Source of the DNA: Girardia tigrina
Lineage: Eukaryota
DNA: 63,509 nt
NCBI GenBank assembly: GCA_001938485.1
Contig: MQRK01246158.1
Coordinates: forward strand, 60,651-124,159
Direction: 5' to 3'
Shown here: positions 28,501 through 41,570 of the stretch, piece by piece
Numbering within the stretch: position 1 is the first letter of the stretch
How the letters are laid out: every line of letters starts with the position of its first letter
Position numbers and translations under genes: made by a program
The notes under the pieces: model-generated
The model's database searches: none
The model's input: only the letters and a program-made list of their open reading frames with translations
What the model was told of the DNA's origin: nothing

Positions 28501-31500
28501 NNNNNNNNNNNNNNNNNNNNNNNNNNNNNNNNNNNNNNNNNNNNNNNNNNNNNNNNNNNNNNNNNNNNNNNNNNNNNNNNNNNNNNNNNNNNNNNNNNNN
28601 NNNNNNNNNNNNNNNNNNNNNNNNNNNNNNNNNNNNNNNNNNNNNNNNNNNNNNNNNNNNNNNNNNNNNNNNNNNNNNNNNNNNNNNNNNNNNNNNNNNN
28701 NNNNNNNNNNNNNNNNNNNNNNNNNNNNNNNNNNNNNNNNNNNNNNNNNNNNNNNNNNNNNNNNNNNNNNNNNNNNNGAACTCTACACTGATCAACTAGA
28801 TCGAATGTATACCGCTTTAGATAAAAAATATCCGGCATTGATAAACCGAAAGCAGGTGATACTGCAACAAGACAACGCATCTCCCCACACCGCTGCCTTG
28901 ACACGTCGTAAAATAGAGGAACTCGAAGCTATCGAACTTCTTCCACATCCTGCCTACAGTCCTGATTTAGCGCCTTCGGATTTTCATCTTTTCCGAGCTA
29001 TGTCGCATTTGAAGGGAAGGAGCTTTTCCGATATCGACGACGTCGATAATGGGTGTCGAGAATTTTTTGCTTCTAAAGACAAAACATGGTATCGACGCGG
29101 AATAGAACAACTTGCAGAACGTTGGGTACAATGTATTGAACATAATGGACTTTATTTCGAATCATAATCTTTATTGTGCGTTGTTTTATGAACATTTTAA
29201 TTTTTAATAAAAAGTGCCCCACAACTTATGACTCACCCTAATACATGTAAGATTTGTAAGTATAATTTATAAGATATTTTAATTCTCAACATTTAAATAA
29301 TTATTAATGTTATTAAATATGTATATCTATATACATATCCATATTTATAAGAAACGGTTAAAAATAGAAATACTAAAAATATCCTCAAATAAATACAGTT
29401 GTTTAAATAAACAGAAATTTTGTGTAAATATTCAAAAATTGTCATTAAATAAATTATATTAATCGAGGCGTATTTTTTCCTTATTTGAATGTCGGAAGAA
29501 ACAGGAGACATTTATACGACCAATGTTGTTTCTAACAATACAATTTTATAATAATAATTTATAAGCCGATATTACAAAAAATTTTCAGTAAACATTTTCA
29601 GAATATATTGGTCTAATTTTAATTTTATGACATATCTCTACATTTTTAAACTTCTATATTCCGACGTAGGCAAAAACGCTATGTCTTGTTGTTATCATTG
29701 AATTATCACTGTTTTGGTAATATGAAAATAGTAAATATTACTTTTGCATAATTATATAGTGTTATCAAAATAAGTTGTAATAATTTAAAAAAACATTTAC
29801 CTTGAAAATGATATAAAACTTGATGTTGGATTACTGTAAGGATCTTCAAAATTCTGGCCGATTTGTAATTTGCGATCCTTTCTCAAAACATTTCTAAATG
29901 TAAATTAGATTAATATAATCTTCAGAATAATCATATCCGACCTTATTTTGAATAAAAGAATAATTATCGTGCAAACAATTCCCGCTGCTCCAATGCATAT
30001 TATTATATTTTGCTAAAATTAAATTTAAAAAAAGTCAAATAACTTTTAACAAAAACATATAGAAATTACAATGATAAAACGTTTACTACATTTAGCGATT
30101 ATTTTAACAACAATTTTTTTTAATTACATAATTTTTGTAAAAATTTTAAATTAGTAAAATATGATTGTTTGGATACAGGACCACAGATTTTCTGTTTGAT
30201 CCAACAAGTTCTTAACAACATTATCATTAACATATATACGTTTATCCCACTAACATAATTGCCAACTTAGCAATTCTCAGTAACACATATCTAGGAATAA
30301 AGAAAAAGTCCAAATGGAGCGTATTGGTTCCATTTAGTGAGCCGGACTTGACAATCATCATTTATGACCCTGATGAGGGCCATATATATTTATATAAATA
30401 TTTAAAAAATGACGATAAGGAATTTTTAAAAGTCAAAAAATTTTCGTCAGAATATATTGTGATTAATTTCGACGGATCAAGCGTCATCATCAGACTGAAT
30501 TAACAATGATATACTCGCGTTTATATATCAAAGCAATGTTTATGTAATCATTATGTCATTTAAATCATGAAAATACTTTCAATAAAGTTGAAGAGGATGG
30601 TGTTTGGACATTGATTTTAGGATCAAAAGATTTGATCAACAATGCTTCATACATCACCCTCTCCCAGTAATTATCAAATTGTGAACACAAAATCTTAAAA
30701 TTACTTACATCAACTTTACTAGTTCTTCTTATGTTGAGCAATATTGCTATCACTTTCCCTGCGATTATGTTCCTGAATCCGTTTACAGAGAGGACGACAA
30801 GTCTCTGCGATGTATGTGGCGTCACACCCATTACATTTATTTTGATAAACTAAATTGGAACATAACCCAGTTGGAGTGATAGATTTATCCTTTTTCTTTT
30901 CTCACCATAGATCCTTCAATGCGTAGCATTAATATTCCATCTTCATTTAACACATTGATGACTTTTTCATGTTCAAATAACGTTTGGATTGAAGATTGTT
31001 GCATGTGATGCATCTTCGGGATCTAACTCCGATATCTTTTCTCTCTCATCCTTTTCAATATTATTTTCGAATTCATTATCGATTTCCGAAACTTTTCGAA
31101 CAAAGTCATCATATGTCATCATGAGAAAATGTAAAAATTTACTCTTAAAATCCATAAATTAAGGATGAGAATCATTGAAATTCGAAAGGACAGGAGCGGA
31201 AAAATAAGACTTTGTATTTTGCTCGACTGTTTCGCAATTCACGTAATCATGATGATTACGTGATTGTGTAATAGAATTTTGTGCTAATTTCATAATTGCG
31301 TAATTTGCTGTGCAGGTTCTTGAAGATGAAAAAGAGAAATAGTGTTTAATGAGAGAAATGATATTTCGTGAAACGAATGATTAAAATTTAAGAATGAAAT
31401 TGAAGAGAAAAAGTAAAAAAGGAAAAATTAATGCCCAACCTCAAATAAAAGAACAAAAAGAATAATTGATGGAGGCTGAGAGAAACGAATTCTCTTCTAG

Positions 31501-34500
31501 AACTAAAACTTATTCAAAGAAAAAAAGTCTGATCAAGTGCACAAATTCGGAACATTCTCATCTGAGTTATTTAATCCATTGGTAAATTATTGTCGGATTA
31601 ATGGCGAAAATTTCAAATTTCTCTTTTTCAAAGAATAATTACGAAAATTGAAAGTCCAAATCGAAATGCTTTAAAATTTTTTATTGTGCTTAAAATATTA
31701 TGCGGATTTACCGCATTTACAATATATAATATAAAAACAATTCTTTTATTTAAAAATTAAATTTGAATTCAAAATGACAATTTTAAGTACAAAAAAATTG
31801 AATTGTAATTTACCTTTTTTTCAAATAATTTTTAATTTAAAACTGGGAAAATTGGTCCACAATTTAAAACTTTTAACTGTTTTAACAACATTTTTCACCG
31901 AAGATGCATCAGTATATCTTCTTTATTTTTGCTTATTAAAAGAACAAAGATAATAGGAATCCGAAAATTTTATATATAATAATAAAATTATTAAAAGCAA
32001 AAATCATCTATTTAAAAACGCATGTTTTAATGAAAATATATTTAAACGAATGAACCCCCATCTCAAGGCCACTGAATTAGAGAGAAGAGAAACTAAAATT
32101 ATTATTTTTTAACAAACTGTTGTCATTGAACAGACACTTGTCCTACTTATTATCAAAATTCTTACAATAAATCTAGAAATTATCAATTTTAATATCACAT
32201 TTACATTTTTTATGTTAAAAAGTATATCTTTGAATCAATTTTGGCCATGTTCTTGAATTCAATTACACAGACGACAGCTGCCCGTGTCTCAAATGTATGT
32301 GACATAACAACATCTACATTTATATTCATAAACACTGTCAGAACAATGTTAAAGAAGTAATAAATTTATTGCTGAACATTTTTGATTTATGTGATCTTGA
32401 TAAAAAAACTTATTTCTTTATTAGTTTTTTTAAAAAGACATTTTAATATTTTAATCCTTCAAAATAAGAAATAAATAAGGAATATCACAGTGTATTATTT
32501 ATACATAATAATATGTCTTCGTGTAAAATATAATTTTAATAATATAAAAATATGAAGAGAATCTTTTACGAATTTCATTTTTTTGTTATCTTTATTTTCT
32601 AACGATAATTTTATTTTGGATTGATCGTATTGAAAATCTGCAATGATAAACATAAATTAAATTATTAATAAATAAATGTTCCAACCTATTATTCCTTCAT
32701 ATTTCTTGCATATAAACTGAGATTTACTCTTGCCTATCTTTATGAATGTCGGTGATCCGATCAATGTATCTTCATAACCTCTGATCTCATCATCACTGAA
32801 TATCTCAATATAAATATCGTTCCATTTTTAATATTATTTTTAACTAATTATTTACCTTTATAAAAAAGTTTCCTTCATCAAATCTCATTGATAAAATGTT
32901 TACATCATTCGGATTAATCTTTGATATATTTTGTGAATACAATAACAATTGGTTCATCAAAGTATTGATCGATATTTCATTATCTCCATTAATATGGATG
33001 ATCATTGTTGATCCATTACTGATACCATTGTCAAACAATTAATTTAATTATTTATTATTAATGAATACCTCATTTCTATTTCCATCAAACAATAATTCTT
33101 TTCTTCCATTTGTTTCCATTTCAATTGAAACATTATAATTTTCTCTCTTCCCAAAATTCTATAAACATTCTCTTCTCTTTGCAGCATTGATAATCTTTCG
33201 ACTATAAATAATTCAATGATCGATACTTCATTTATATTTAAAATGAATAGAAAATATTTAATAAACATTTATATTTGATAAATGATCGTTATTTACCGTT
33301 TCTGCAATATCTTCCGTTCACAATCGACAAAGAACAATCGGAAACGTCATACGATATTAATTTATTGGAGCAATTGTGGCGAGTGCAAATTGTTTCATTG
33401 TATTCTTTTGGACAATTCGGCAACAAGGAGGATCCGTCTATGGATTGGAAGGAGACGAGGGAATGGTTGAAATAAAACTTGTCCAAACAACCCTTCAACT
33501 GATTGTTTAATGATTTATATATCATATTTGTATGCCCAATATAATGTCCAATATTTCCCATCCACAAATAAAATTTATTTGATTTTCTTTGATAATGCAT
33601 CGGAATGGGAAACCCTTTAAAATAATCTACCAAAATAATTTAATTATAATAATAATTTAATATAAGTGGTTTCTAAATTTTTGAAAACTTTGTTTCATAT
33701 TTTTTATAATTTATTATTTAATCATTACTGTTTGATTGTAAAATGAGGAGGGTGACCAGATCGGCATCAACAGCAACAAGCGTGTGCAATCGATTTAATG
33801 GAACAAGTGAAAGCACAGGCCGCAATAATGCAAATTAGAGACCTGCTGCAAACGATCACCAAAAATGTTTTGAGAGGTGCGCTGGAGCGATACATTGCAT
33901 GGAGCGATACATTGAGGCGCACATTCTCGTCACGAGGACCAACAGCACGTGTCTGATAAAGGAGAATCATTTCGCTCCATCTGAAAAGTCACAAATTGAA
34001 AGAGATGACCACTAATTATTCCAGAAACCTAATTCGAAATCAAATGAAAAGAAACAACAGAAGCTTATTTTTCAAAATATGTTGTCTATGAATAAAGACG
34101 TTTCTTCCAAAAGATTTATTGAACGTAATTTGAAGCCGAATTAATCGCCACAAGAAAAGAATAGGTTGTAAATGAGGTTCGGTTGAGAGAGCAAATCAGT
34201 AACGAATGGAGTCAAACGATAATGGAAATAGAGAGGGATAATGCTCAGAACATGAAGGATCTTCGCTCCAAAATGCGAGATGATATGCAGCGGCGATCTA
34301 AAAACAAACGTACCAAGGCATTTCGACAATTGAAAAACGACGCAAACTCCATTCAATTGAACAAGAGGAAGAACAGGACGGGCTCAAATCAAGTGACGCT
34401 GACGAGGTAGAAAACTTAGCCATCACAGTCGATCGTCAAAATCGAGAAATAAACGATGTTAAAGCAAGTCTCAAAGAGTCAAAAAGAAGCGGCCGAAAAT

Positions 34501-36369
34501 CGCGAAACAATTGAAATGCTTCAGTCTGAAAAGGAACGACTGACAATCCAAAAAACTTTCACAAACAATGTCTTGAAATCTGAAGATATTTGGGATTTCA
34601 GTGATTTAACTATTGAAGATTATTGGAAGATCGATAATGCATTTTCGATTATGGTAGGTGAGGAAGATTCCAATCTTCAGCCCGAAGTTGAATTTGACTG
34701 AAAATTATTTCTCGAAAGAATTTCCTGGTTGATTCCTTTCAAATCAGATATAAAGATCCATTAATTGAGTCCGCTTTCAAATATTTATACGAATACAGAA
34801 AGAGCATTCTTATCTTCCTGAACACATTCTGTCAGATACACCTAACAACTTACCTCATTTATTCACAAATATTGAACCTATAGTTACCGAATCAGAAATA
34901 ATGTCTGAATTATTTGATTCCAAAACCCAAACTCAGCAGCCATATATCGACAAAATGATAATCTTTAAAATATTACTGGAACCAATTTTGGAACTTTATT
35001 TCTTTGAAAAATTTTTGACTCAACCAGCTTGGATTCATTCTTTTTTTATGGTAAAAAAGAATGTCCATTCTCTATGGAAAGGCGATACACCAGCAGAGTC
35101 ATATTATCTACTCAGGAAAATAATTCGTGAACATTTGAGTGTTTGCTGAATCAGAAAAACATATCTTTACCCGATGGTAATACGAAGTCTCAAGAAGTTA
35201 ATCAAATGATGAATTCGCTAGCAGAAGGACAATGATGATGAATTATTAATAAATGATCCGTGATTGGCAATCTAAAAATAATTCGGACCATTTTCGAACT
35301 CGAAAATTGAGTGTGTTTTTGTTTGATATTTTTCGATTTGTTTTAATTGATCATTTTTATAATTATTGCTGGCGTGAAAATTCTTGTAAATAATTTAAGC
35401 GAGTCGCCATTAATTTTGTACATTCGAATTTAAAGATTTTATAAAATTTGTCGATTTCGAATATTTTTTTAATTCATCAAGAGTGATTTTTCGAATGTTA
35501 TCTAATTTGGAGACATGTGGTTTAGATGGTTACGTGTTTGAGTTGAGAATTTGAGATATCAGTTACAAGTCGCCATCGTCTGGAAATCCGAAACATGTTT
35601 TCGAACGAAATCTACACGATCAAATTAATATGGAACAACCTTATGTTAAAAACCGCGATGGGTTTCACGTGACGGGCTCGAATAACAACAATGGTAATGA
35701 TAGTAATAATAAAAGATAGGTATCTTATAACAACGATAATGTTGATAATAATAAAAAATGGGGCACTAATAATGCTAGCTCGCAACGAAATGATGGTAAC
35801 CTGAAATGGGGCTCACCTGATACTAGCCCTCAGAGGAATGATAATAAATGGGCGTCCGTGTTCATCTCGACAGTGTAGAGGATTGCAAGTCTGAGCTTCC
35901 CCCGCTGGTGAGAATATGAATTTAAGCCCCCTGCGTCCCGCAGATCATCCCCTAATACCAACACGCCGCAGCCACTACGCTGCGCCCGCTCTCGCATCAC
36001 CAATTACTGATAATTTTTAGATCTGTTAAATAATAAACTTCCCTTTCTTGAAATTTCTGTCACTAGGATGAATAAAATATGGAAGTGAATTACCCAGAAA
36101 CACAAAATTATTTTTCATTTTTAATTTATCAAATTTATTGGTGAGCAGTATATCGCTTATTTTGTATTTATAATTGTTTTTGTTAAGTATATGAATCAAT
36201 TACCATTTCGATAAGGGAACGTCTCTATTTATGGACAGGATTTATTGAAACGTCTCTTTAGTACAAGATAATAAAAGATGTTAAAGTAAGCTTATAATCA
36301 TTTATCAATTTTTTGTACAATGATAAATAAGATTTTATTATTAATAATAAATATTTTTTGTAATTGAGA

Positions 36370-36403
<34 letters not shown>

Positions 36404-36822
36404 CTCGATATGGTGAGAGTATTAGATAAATTCATTCTCGTTGATCTTCTTTCACCGTTACATTCCGTTATTACTTCTCCTCGGATCAGTTTCAATATCA
36501 CTCTCAAATAAATGTTCTCACAAATTGAGCATTTACCTTAAACATATTATTTTATATTCAGTTAGAAAAATTATTCCCTTACACATTTCCTTACTGGTTC
36601 GACGAATAGAAATACGTTTTGTTTTAAAATCGATAATCTTTTGTCCGTCTTCTTCCTCAAACTCAATCACAAATCGATTCTCCATCGACTCGAAACCATA
36701 AAATAATATTCCAGTAAAATTTTGAACAAATATCGAAAAATTTAAGGGATATTTTTGAAACAGACTTCCGTTTAGTTCTTTAAAGATGTAACTCGTGGAT
36801 CCATAATGAATTAATTGTGACA
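25515..36822 (-). CDS. LamG-EGF-like-LamG single-pass receptor, copy C (10 exons found; signal-peptide exon not identified)
   Basis: Exons 36822-36583, 36536-36405, 33626-33297, 33201-33069, 33018-32856, 32803-32686, 32637-32570, 30012-29942 (TM QNIIICIGAAGIVCTIIILLFKIR), 29893-29801, 25608-25515 (GKSEFNEMEDCNSYDEYSVTNEYAKIVDIY*). All phases are consistent and match copies B and D. Confidence 0.8.
26690..27400. mobile_element. hAT-type subterminal GAGTCG repeats and an adjacent Tc1-like remnant
   Basis: ggagtcggagtcg..ggagtcgg..gactccgcagccttg end motif at 26695-26775, followed by degraded transposase-like coding sequence. Confidence 0.4.
27995..29241 (+). mobile_element. Full-length mariner (gap inside), in the last intron of copy C
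   Basis: Perfect 29-bp TIRs TTAGGGTGAGTCATAAGTTGTGGGGCACT with TA on both sides. Transposase starts at ATG 28181 and is frameshifted. C-terminal ORF 28805-29167 has QQDNASPH and [13 protein letters not shown]. Confidence 0.97.
30400..30850 (-). mobile_element. Penelope-like element 3' end (GIY-YIG endonuclease plus 3' UTR)
   Basis: [23 protein letters not shown] and NFKIL..WERVMYEALLIKSFDPKINVQ. Confidence 0.85.
30457..30497 (-). ncRNA. Hammerhead ribozyme core (minimal type I, PLE-associated, weak stem I)
   Basis: Minus strand reads GT-CTGATGA-T-GACG(CTTGATC)CGTC-GAAA-TTAA-TC-AC, about 70 nt after the GIY-YIG stop. Confidence 0.65.
32100..32320 (-). mobile_element. Third degraded Penelope GIY-YIG remnant
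   Basis: DNA similar to 51380-51510 (aattcaagaacat...aaaaaatgtaaatgtgat.ttaa.attgataatttc). Confidence 0.6.
33740..36040 (+). mobile_element. Unclassified degraded element (coiled-coil ORF pieces, wHTH-like end, GC-rich 3' motif)
   Basis: Broken long ORF at 33742-35230. YKSPSSGNPKHVFE at ~35565-35605 and the gctgcgcccgctctc 3' motif are shared with the 16.2-16.8-kb element. Confidence 0.5.
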
Positions 36823-38819
36823 CTACAATTTTTATGTCCTCATATATAAAATCAAAATCGATATTTAAATAATAAAAAATATAAAAACAAAATAAAATTA
36901 ATAGAATTATACTTATACATTAAATACAAAAGAAAATATAGAAAAAATTAAGCTTAATAATTTAAAAAATTTAAATCAATAAACTTTAGCATATTATGTG
37001 AGGATTTTCGGAAACTTCTTAATTTTGAATTAAAATCTAATTAAACAACATTTTATTAAGTAATACAATATTCAAATTTTTTTTGTTAATCGTGAATCAT
37101 AATTTTTAATGTATTGTGTAATTTAGACACAAAATTTCTATTTCCGTAAACAGTCAGAATATTTTAATTTTGTCTAATTATTGTTCGCGTTTTGGTCTGA
37201 TGTTTTTATATTTACTATAAATTATATTATTATTTCTCACAGTATCTCTATCAAAGTCCTATACAAGCAGTTTAGATTTTAAGAACAATAATGTACACAT
37301 CGTTTCGTTAAAATTCTTGCCCACTCCAAGAAAAACTTTACATTAATGTTCGATCCAGTACAATTCTACATGTAGAAGATTACGTCTTCATCACCACATC
37401 CTAGTTCAAACCTCGTCACAATACAGTGGTCATAATGATGGAATTTGACATCGCCACAAAGTTAAGCTGTTTCCATGTACCATCCAGGATTGACTTTGCT
37501 CTGCAAAAATGCTTGAAATGCGTTCCTTTAAGAAACCACTAATTTTCCTTTACGAATCAGCTTGCCAGAGTCAAATCTACAAAGATGAATTTCCATTAAA
37601 CATCCTCAGAATGGAAAAAGAGCTCTTATTGACGAGTCTTCTTTACTTTTATTCGGATCAGTTGAAATAGCGTATGTGAAATGTCCTGATAGTGAGAGTC
37701 TTAATTCTCGCAATCAGCATATAACCATCAAAAATTGGTGAAGAAAGGCTATTTTGTGCGGCTATTTCTTCATCGACGATATTGACCCCTTTTTCTACAT
37801 TTGAAACACCATAAAACGTTACACTAAAACGTTAAAACTGCAAGAACATTCTGAAGACCCATATGCTTCCACATGAGAGACAAGTGACTGGTCTTGGTTT
37901 AATATTTCAACAAGCTCCAGGGTTTCGTCACATAATATTCTGAAACTCGTTAATCTTAAAATATTTCAGAATTTATAAAAAAGTAAAATGTTGACAAATA
38001 TAAAATTAAGAAGTTATATAAACTCTGAAAAGACATTAATGATTTAAATACAATTTATAAAAAAAATCAACAAAATCTTTTTTATATCTTACCCATTAGA
38101 ATATTGACAATGTTCGATAGCATAATTAATTAAATAATATTCATTCTAAAATACAAATCACTGTTTTATATACAAACATTTTATATAATTAGAATTGTAT
38201 GTATTTGTATATAAACATAATGAAACACTTTAGCAAATAACATTATATATATATATATATATTATTACTTATTATTAGTTCACCGATGTCGAAAACATAT
38301 TTCCGAGAATAGTTGAAGATAAAAACATAAATATCTTATTTTAGAGTTGCAAAATATTTAAAATCGTAATTACAACGATCAAATTAACACTAGATTTACG
38401 GACTGAGTCAATTTGACTCATTTAAAATTATATTGCTATGTATGTAAAACTGAAATATTATTTTTTTAAATGCATATGATGGTTTTTAGTTACCTAATGA
38501 AATATTGCTTACTCCACCCTGCAGATTTCATCATTTCACATATTTGAATGTGATTTACATATTTCTACGGCCATGAGATCGCTTGTAGTATGAGTCGAAT
38601 TAGTTCACTTCAGTAAAAATAGGTATATAATCAACAATTGTAAATCTAGTGTTAAGAATCTCACGATAGAAACGTTTTAAATTTATGATATTAAATTTAT
38701 TTATAATAAATTTGTAATTTAACTCTTTGCGATCCATTTTTTCAATTGAATAATCTACAAGTTCTAATTAATTTCGGCAAAATACATTTTTATCGGAGCA
38801 TCGTCAGAATATAACAGAT

Positions 38820-39600
38820 TTCATATATTTCACTATTAGTGTGGAGGCTGCCCCGACAAAAGACCGAAACATAAGCATTTCAATGTCGGGGCTGCCCTCA
38901 CAAGGGACCGCAAATGGTTAATGGTCTTGGTGTTCTTCTTTTATTTTGCACTGTTCTCCATTCATTTTCTCTTTTCGTGTTATATGCCGCTACAGGAGCA
39001 TTTCTTTTCTTTTTATCATATTCGAACATTCTCGTTTGAATGTCTTCAATCTTTTCAGATTTCTTGACACCTCTAACAGCTATTTCTTTCTGTTCGTTCT
39101 CGTCATCTATCAGATTAGCGTAGACCAAATTTGATAGTTCATTTTTACCCAACTTTTTCTCAATTAACTTTTCAATGATTTCATCAGCCTTTCTAAATAT
39201 TATTGTTGGGTCGCTAGATCCAATTCTCATTTCTACTAGTTACTTCATTAGATCCAGGATAGATTTTTCCTTTGAAAATGCGGATCTTAGTTTCTCTTCA
39301 CGTTTCACCTGCCGCTGCTTCATATTTTATTATGGCATCCGAAGTCATATATGATGTTGCTAATAAGATTTTCCTCTCCTCTGAAAATCCCATTATCTTC
39401 GTATACCTGTTAAAGCTCGTTATGAATGTCTCAACCAAATGGTTAAGACCATTAATAAATAAGCATTTTATTTGTGTCACATATTAATAATATTTCTCAC
39501 CATCTTTGAAATCTGTTCTCAAAATTCAAGCTTCTTTACTTTCCTGATTCATAAAGTCATTTACTTATTCTGATCACAAATGAGACGATCAAAGGAAACG
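38820..39600 (-). mobile_element. LTR retrotransposon gag remnant with PBS-like site
   Basis: [22 protein letters not shown] gag-like segment, with a homologue on + at ~50590-50700 ([22 protein letters not shown]). TGTGATCAGAAT PBS-like sequence at ~39565-39578. Confidence 0.55.
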
Positions 39601-41349
39601 AATTTGTTTGAAGGAATTATACAATTTTTTTATTTTCTAAACTAGAAATACGTTTTACTTTGAAACATCTGCTAAAACTCACCGATTCGTATTTCAGTGC
39701 CTTTGAATACCAAATTAGTAATTTTAGCATATACTCAGTTTACTATATTTACAGTTATACATAAACACATTATATAAATATCAAAAATGTCATTATTTCA
39801 TTACTTACCAAATATATTCAATAAATAAAATTAGTTATATTAACCTACGTCTATTATATGCGGATCAATTTTTTAATTTAATAATTGAAATTCCATCTGA
39901 GATGACTTTCGAAAAATAATTTTAAATATCAAAATATAAAAAAAAGATGCAATTTTCGTCATAGTGAAAAATATGTTTAATAAAAATGAAATTTTGAAAG
40001 TCCAAAATAATGTATGGATAAGCTCGCAATGAATTTTAAATTTAACATACGTGTGAAAAAATTTGAAGACAATTTGTTTAAGGGAGTCTTGCGAACTTTA
40101 TATTTTTGAAAACTATTTTTTAAAGTTTTTTTTATTAATTGATTATTGTAGATTTTTCAAAATTACCTTTACCATCATCGGCAATCATAACTTAATATAT
40201 AAATAATAAAATGTTAAATAATGGTAGATTTTTATGTAAATATTTTATTTTACGCTTGAAGTACAACATGAACACAAAAAAACAGATAGGTAAAAATATT
40301 AATGTTACATTACAAAATTTAAGTACAGAAAAACTGATTAAGAAAGGACTAATGAAGAAAACATTGAGAAGTCTAAACAAAAAAACAAAATGCCATATTT
40401 TGAAGGATTTTAATCATTTAAGAAGAATATTGTTCGGGAATCAATTGTATTATTATTATTATATATTGTTATTTTCGTAATTCGTGTAAATACATATATA
40501 AATATATATATCAATAAATATAAACCATTACTTTCATATGGTTTCGTGATGGTGTTCGGTTCTTTTTGACGTCATTATAATGAAAATGAGAGTTGTTATC
40601 GAGTTTTTGATCCTGAAATTTTTCTTTGATTTTGAATGGAAATTCAAATCTGAATTTATATCGAATCAATTGGTTGATTTAAACAACAATTTTTCAATTG
40701 ATTATTGTTTATTTTACTAAGAATTTTTCTTATTAATTTGAATTGTCCAATGGGACAAGTAAGATGAAGAAGTCTCTCTCTCTATCAAGGCGTGTGTGTG
40801 CCTGATTGTCGATTGGCGAATGTGTGTGTGCCAATCAATAGAGAGGGAAAAAATCACTGATTACAAGAACTGAAATTTTTTAAAGATTGAGTGTCATTAT
40901 ATTTTTTGAACTGATTTTTTTTGTGATTTTGTGATCGAACATAAAAACTGAAAAATTGTACTCGAGATTGCGATTTATATTTTTCTTACAATTTGAAAAT
41001 TATCTGTATTTGAATAATAATTTTTTTTGAATGTTGAAAACTGAGCTGAATTTGATTATTGTTATTTGTTGTCGATTCGAATTTGAGGTCTGTTGAAATC
41101 TTTTCGGATGGAAATTTGACGATCACTGTTTATTATCAAACAAAATTTTGAACCTGGTTGATTAAATTTTTTTTAACTAATTAGAACCTAGTGATAAATT
41201 TTGTACTGGAAAATTGAATAAGGTAATAATTTCATAAATATATATATATACATATATCCTTTTGTGAAATATTACCTATTATATTATTATTGTGCTTAAC
41301 TCATATGATAGCTTTAAATGGTTTAATTATTTAATTATTTATTAATTCT

Positions 41350-41570
41350 TCCAGGAAAAAACATAGGGGATGCTAAATCTGCCTTCAACGATTTCATCGC
41401 CTCCAGAAAGTCAGAATTTTATACAACCGGAATACATAAACTTTACAACGTTGGTAAAAGTGTGTTGATGCTAACGGTTTTTATTTCGATTAATAAATTT
41501 AATTCTACGCTGAGATATTTGCCTTTAAAGATTAAGGTTAAACAACTTCATTATTTTTTAAACAACCTAA
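41350..41570 (+). mobile_element. Mariner 3' end fragment (cecropia-like)
   Basis: AFNDFIASRKSEFYTTGIHKL..RW*KCVDANGFYFD*, then a TIR ending aacaacctaa followed by TA. Confidence 0.8.

Noticed and set aside
28322-28904. Long ORFs spanning Ns (also 15194-15388, 19660-19971)
   Set aside because: Artefacts of assembly gaps.
30366-30385. CTGATGAG hammerhead-like core on + strand
   Set aside because: No closing stem II or GAAA downstream.
36860-40400. Candidate signal-peptide first exons for copy C (~36900-36990, ~40165-40190)
   Set aside because: The first is broken by stops and has no phase-1 donor. The second has the right phase but is not hydrophobic. Left unassigned.
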